This document shows, in pieces, positions 59,137 to 64,000 of a stretch of 64,000 nt of DNA (the stretch's first letter is position 1; every line of letters begins with the position of its first letter). The notes beneath the pieces are model-generated. The model was given only the letters and a program-made list of their open reading frames with translations, searched no databases and was not told the origin of the DNA. Both the position numbers and the translations under genes were made by a program. The stretch is from Callorhinchus milii (taxonomy: Eukaryota): NCBI RefSeq assembly GCF_018977255.1, contig NW_024704743.1, positions 85,996,001-86,060,000 of the forward strand, read 5' to 3'.

Positions 59137-61999
59137 GTAGTGAAGTGCTCAAACTCTCTTCTGCAGATTACTTTTGATTTCCTCACCTCTGATTTGGTGA
59201 CTGTTTTGTATGCTACATGCTACTGCTTTTCATATTCACAGTTACTGATTTCTACACCTTGAATGCCTTTCTGTGTTACATGGGTATTCCACACAAAAAA
59301 GTGCAAATCTGTTTAGCTTTATACAGTATATTTATGTGCATAAATATATTGTTTGGTTTAACAGATATTTGACTCCTGCGGAAAGCCATCACCATGCTTA
59401 GTGCCTTCCATTCGGACAAAGCCACATACGCATGTACATTTCCCTGTGTTTAGAATGGAATGCACACACTCCCCCTGGATTCCTGGGTCCCAAGTCAGAG
59501 CTGACTGCAAGAAGGTGAAGCCTGGGACACCTTGATCAAGCTTAGTTCTCTGACTCTTAAACATCCCCCCATCACCACCAACCACGTGTCTGCTGCCTTT
59601 AAGAAATGTATCCCAATTGGAATGCTTAGTATTTTTTTCAAACTTGATGCACCTGGAGAAATACTGGGCTGTGTATGGCCCCTTCCTGGAAGGAGGCTTG
59701 ATACAATCTCAACCTCATAGGAGAATAATGTAATTAATTCAGGAAGGCAACAGCAGTGCCTGACCTGTAGTCAGGTAAGGTAAGGATTGTCTGTGGCCTC
59801 CTTTTTCCTCTCAGCCTACCCAAACACCAGGACAAATTTATTGCCTCAGTCCGCTCTTGCATTGCTCCCAAAATGTGCAATAACCCTCAGAAAATCAAAT
59901 GTGCCTTCCTACTGACACCGTCAAGATGTGCAATGGCTTCACGGAATTCATGTTAGCATATAAACTCAGGAAAACGTAACTTTCCATTAATAATGGGATC
60001 TAAAATGCCTTTACTTTGGAACTTCTGCAGAATTCTTCAAAAACAGTGGAATGGGAGAACAGCACATTGAAGCCCAGTACATTGCTTTACAATGATGGTG
60101 TGTGTTACGATTTGCTCTTGCAGTGAGCTCAATGCGGAATAGTTGTGAAGTATTCCTTTGCGAGGGGGCTGAAAAGTTACAGAATAAGTATGTAAGAGAA
60201 CAAAAAGCCTGCAGTGGAAAGATACAAATTTGAAATAGTCTCTCGCATCTACAAAGTATAAAATGATTGAACCTGAAATTGAAATGAATAGTTCTGGAAA
60301 CCTGATCCTAGGTCAACAGAGACTTTGTTGTCGGAGACTGTAAAATGTTGTCTTTATCAATACAGTCTGGTTTTATAAGGGTTTATAGGGTTCAAACCTG
60401 TCTGCTTGTTCAGGGAATGGTTTGATGTCTGTCCTTTATAGTTCTGCAGAGGACATGATAGTTAAGAATTAAGACCTGTGATCTGAGAATTACTGATAAT
60501 TTTACAAATAAAACTGCTTGTTTAGAACCACCAATTTATTGTGAACGTTAGATTGCTATTCCTAAACAAAACTGGTGACCATTTAAAGCTATTTATTTAT
60601 GTACAGCTTTTGGAAATGGGGCAGCTTCACCCTGATTTTGATCATTTTCATTTTTCTCTATTTTATGAAACCTCTTTTAAACACTGAAGTCAACTCCTGA
60701 CATGTGTTGTGCCAAACCAGATGTTAGAAAAAAGCTTCTGTGTTGCATAGTTTTGGCAAACAGTTGGTGTACTGTAGTATGTAGATGTGTTGGTGATGGT
60801 TGATATTACGTTTATTTTAGTTCTCTTACTGTGGCATCCTATATTTTGTTTTTATTCAATTAAGTACAGTAGCTGAGAACCCAGTTCAGTGAAAAATAGT
60901 ATAGTTGAACGAATATTGGTTATCCACACACCATATGTTGCTTTTCCATATTGAGCTTCAATGTAGAAATGGACAGGGGCTCTGACATACCAGCAAAACA
61001 TTCCAGTTGTGTGCGTGCATGTGATAGTACCAGGTTACAAGAGACATCGTAGCTGTGTGAGTAAATTGCATCCTGCGTAACCTCACACGCATAAATTCAA
61101 TTTCACGTATGTTTACAACTAGGATTTGTGTTGGTGGCATGAAGGAAAGTAAGTGTTTATATGTTATGTGTAGGGTTAGAGCGAGCAGTAGGGTTGGAGA
61201 TGAGAAAGTCATAGTAAGAGACTGAATGAGGGAATGGTGGGCACACTGGCGTTACAGAAACCAATTAGTTCTTGATGGAATTTTGTTGAGTTCGCACTGC
61301 AGCCAAATTGTTCTTTGTGTGATTGTCCATTATCCATATTGTTTGCTTGTCCACAACGGGGCTCGTTCCAATTAGTGTGACCTTCTAACTGTATAAGCAG
61401 TGATTTTAAAAACGTTGTTGAATTTTGTACTACTGCAGAATAGGAGGTTGCTTTTGACCCTAATCACAGCATAACCACTACCAAATCAAACACATAGTTG
61501 TTTAGATTCAGAGCAAATCTCCCCGTCACTCTCCTTGACCTTGTGCACCTAATCACAGAAGTATACCCACCACATCCAAGGGGAAATATTCGTCTTAAAA
61601 TTTGTCGAGTTGGTGACGGAAGTTTGAAAGTAAAGACCTGTTAATTTTTTTAGTTAATACTGTAAAAACATGAATTGGGATAGAGTAATGGCTTGCCACA
61701 GTCCAGCGTACGTTGACTTTGTTGATTCCATTGCTTTTAGACCAGTGTTGATTTATGGCTGTTCAGACGTGACACAAGCATGGTCCAGGCAGATGTAGAA
61801 GCAGGTACATCAGGCAACATGTTCCTTTAACTAAACGTTCTATTTCAGCTCTTAGCCATAAATTTATCTCTTATCTTCCACCAACCAAAAATTGGTCTGT
61901 GTATAGATGTTACACCATCTCTAATCAGATCTTCCCATACATAATTTTGTTGAAAGAGCAACATCCACATTCCTTTTGTCCATATGTGCAGATACGTGG

Positions 62000-62362
62000 A
62001 GACATGCCACTTAGTCATTAGCGCACTAGCCCCGCAAGTGAGAGGACCCGGGTTCGATTCCCAGGCAGGGCGAAACCGTAGGCTAGTTTCCTTACTCCAC
62101 ACGCCTCTGCTTACCTAGCAGTGAGTAAAAACCTGGTTGTTAGTCGATTGTTAGTTCGCTTATCTGGGGTTAAGAAACCCTTCAAAAAACAATTTAGTCA
62201 CTCAATCCACGACTGTTTGTGGGACACTGCAGTGCATATTTGGCTGCCTGTTTTGTCCACAAAATATACAGTCAATTCACTTTACAGTATTTTCTGTGAA
62301 GCACTTTGAGACAACTCGATAAGACGCTACATCAAATGCAAGGATTATTATTACATTATTAT
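62000..62362 (+). mobile_element. SINE, long subfamily, near full length
   Basis: B box GGGTTCGATTC, CORE-like segment, body and ATT tail. Confidence 0.88.
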
Positions 62363-62699
62363 CCAGTCTTAGGATAGATACTCAATATGGAAAGTATTCA
62401 ATTTCCCAAAGTAATGCTGTATTTCTCATTTTGTGAGGAGCGACATTAATCCACAAACAATTAATACAAATATTAGTACTGAGTAAACAAATATCCTTCA
62501 GTTTACCCAGTTGCACTTTTTGAGAGCTTTATAGGAGTTTTATTGTTTTAATTAAAATCAGTAACTTACTTATGACCAATAGATCCTGCTTGAAGTTTTT
62601 TGAAATATGCTTACAGTAGCTCCTTAAAAAAGAATATTACCTGATCTTTCCCTTGTGTTTATTTTTATCCCAGCAAATTGTGTAGATGCATCAACGGAA

Positions 62700-62985
62700 A
62701 GTTATACACTTTAACAACTCCCTAATTTTAAGAAGTCGTGAAGCCAAATAGAAGTACGTTAGCTGTTTAGCTGATGAATGCAGATAGTCTAATTACAGGA
62801 ATTAGAATGAAGGAGTTAATGAGTTTGACATAATGAATGAGAGGATGAGGGAGAAGGGCATTCGTGAAGGACGAGCGAATAGAGGGATGTAGAGAAGGAA
62901 TCCGGAGGAGTTGTGGCATATAAATGCTGGCATAGACTAGTTGGGCCGAGTGGCCTGGTTCTTTATTAACATTTAATGTGGTTCT
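62700..62985 (+). mobile_element. CR1 3' end, degraded
   Basis: tgtggcatataaatgctggcatagactagttgggccgagtggcctg matches the other CR1 3' UTRs in the window. Confidence 0.6.
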
Positions 62986-64000
62986 ATTGTTCTATTTTGT
63001 TTGACTAACATGATTGTGGCTCCAAAATAAAGTTATGCCTCCGTTCCTATTGATTTTAAATTGACTCCCTTGTGTGATTTGTTTGGCAGCTCCTCCAAAT
63101 CAGTTCCCTCAAATACATATTCGCCACTTATATGTAAGTTAATAGTAATTTCTTGTAAGTTAGTTTTTTTTAAAAAAATTTAAGACTCCATGTTCAATTG
63201 ATTTTCAATAGTTTTTTTGAGCTACTGTAAATGTAATATTCTGTATGTACTATGAAACCTATTGCAGGTCATTTATCTCATTAAATATCGATCTAATAAG
63301 TACAGAATAATGACATTACAAGCTGTTCGCTGACATTTTCCAGTTCTGTGCCAGAAACATCCTCAGTTAAGTCTTTAATTCCGATTCTGAGGATGTTCTC
63401 TTAAATGAATTTAGTGCTTCCTGCAAGAAGCTGTGCAGGATACGAAAAAGTAGGCTTGAAAGGGTAATCTACAGCTTTCATCAAGCCACCGCCAAAGGTT
63501 CTGGATTTACTTAGTTGGAAGTCTTTGAAGAAAGAAATGTTCTTAACAGTGACAGTTTTGTGACTTGGCTTAGGAAGCCTGTTTTCCAGCAGAAAATTGG
63601 TAGTGTAGCCTGATGAGTGAGAATACTAGTTTGCATTTTGATTAGTGCAACATATTTTAGGTGTATAAAATTAAAAACAACAATGGTCCACCTGACTGCT
63701 TTGGTATTTGTATACATTTTATTCTAGTTTTATATTGTTGCTCTCCATTTATACTCTATTTAACAAATTAAATCTGTAGAAGTTCCTTATGCTTAATGCT
63801 GTATAGGCCTAATAAGAGGTAATTCTGTTTCACGATTAACCCCTCATTGCTAAATTACCAGCAAGTGCTTTGGGACTCTACGCAGTGTGACAAACACTAC
63901 ATAAATGCAAGTTGTTTTTGTTTTACTAAAGTTTGACAGTTTCCAAAATGCTTAGATTTATCTATTGATCATTCAGTGGGATTTTGGCCTGAAAGGTGAA

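Noticed and set aside
61741..61804. Possible EIF3E exon 4 (acceptor ttgcttttag, contains ACAAGCATGGT)
   Set aside because: It does not encode the expected DGRMLFDYL peptide, has an in-frame TAG at 61796 and has a weak donor (GTACAT). At most a cryptic exon; true exon 4 is probably beyond the window.

Overview
This is vertebrate genomic DNA, most likely from a cartilaginous fish (inferred from the DeuSINE, L2, CR1 and Penelope repeat repertoire). The only host gene I can support is EIF3E (INT6) on the + strand: a CpG-island promoter at about 48.0-48.6 kb and coding exons 1-3 (48261-48350, 52523-52640, 53835-53952). Exon 4 is not recognisable in the window. The remaining sequence is dense with repeats: decayed L2 and CR1 LINEs, an old tRNA-derived DeuSINE, a younger tRNA-Ala-like SINE with an L2-type tail, several MITEs, a Ginger2-like deletion derivative and a Penelope-type fragment with a minimal hammerhead ribozyme motif. 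Nearly all entries in the ORF track are retroelement fragments or spurious frames. The observations most worth checking are the hammerhead motif, a 4x36-bp GC-box/PBX-type promoter minisatellite, a G-U-rich hairpin in EIF3E intron 1, apparent domain and tail swapping between SINEs and L2, and two CR1 copies that share the same inactivating lesions. Repeat boundaries were read by eye and are approximate.
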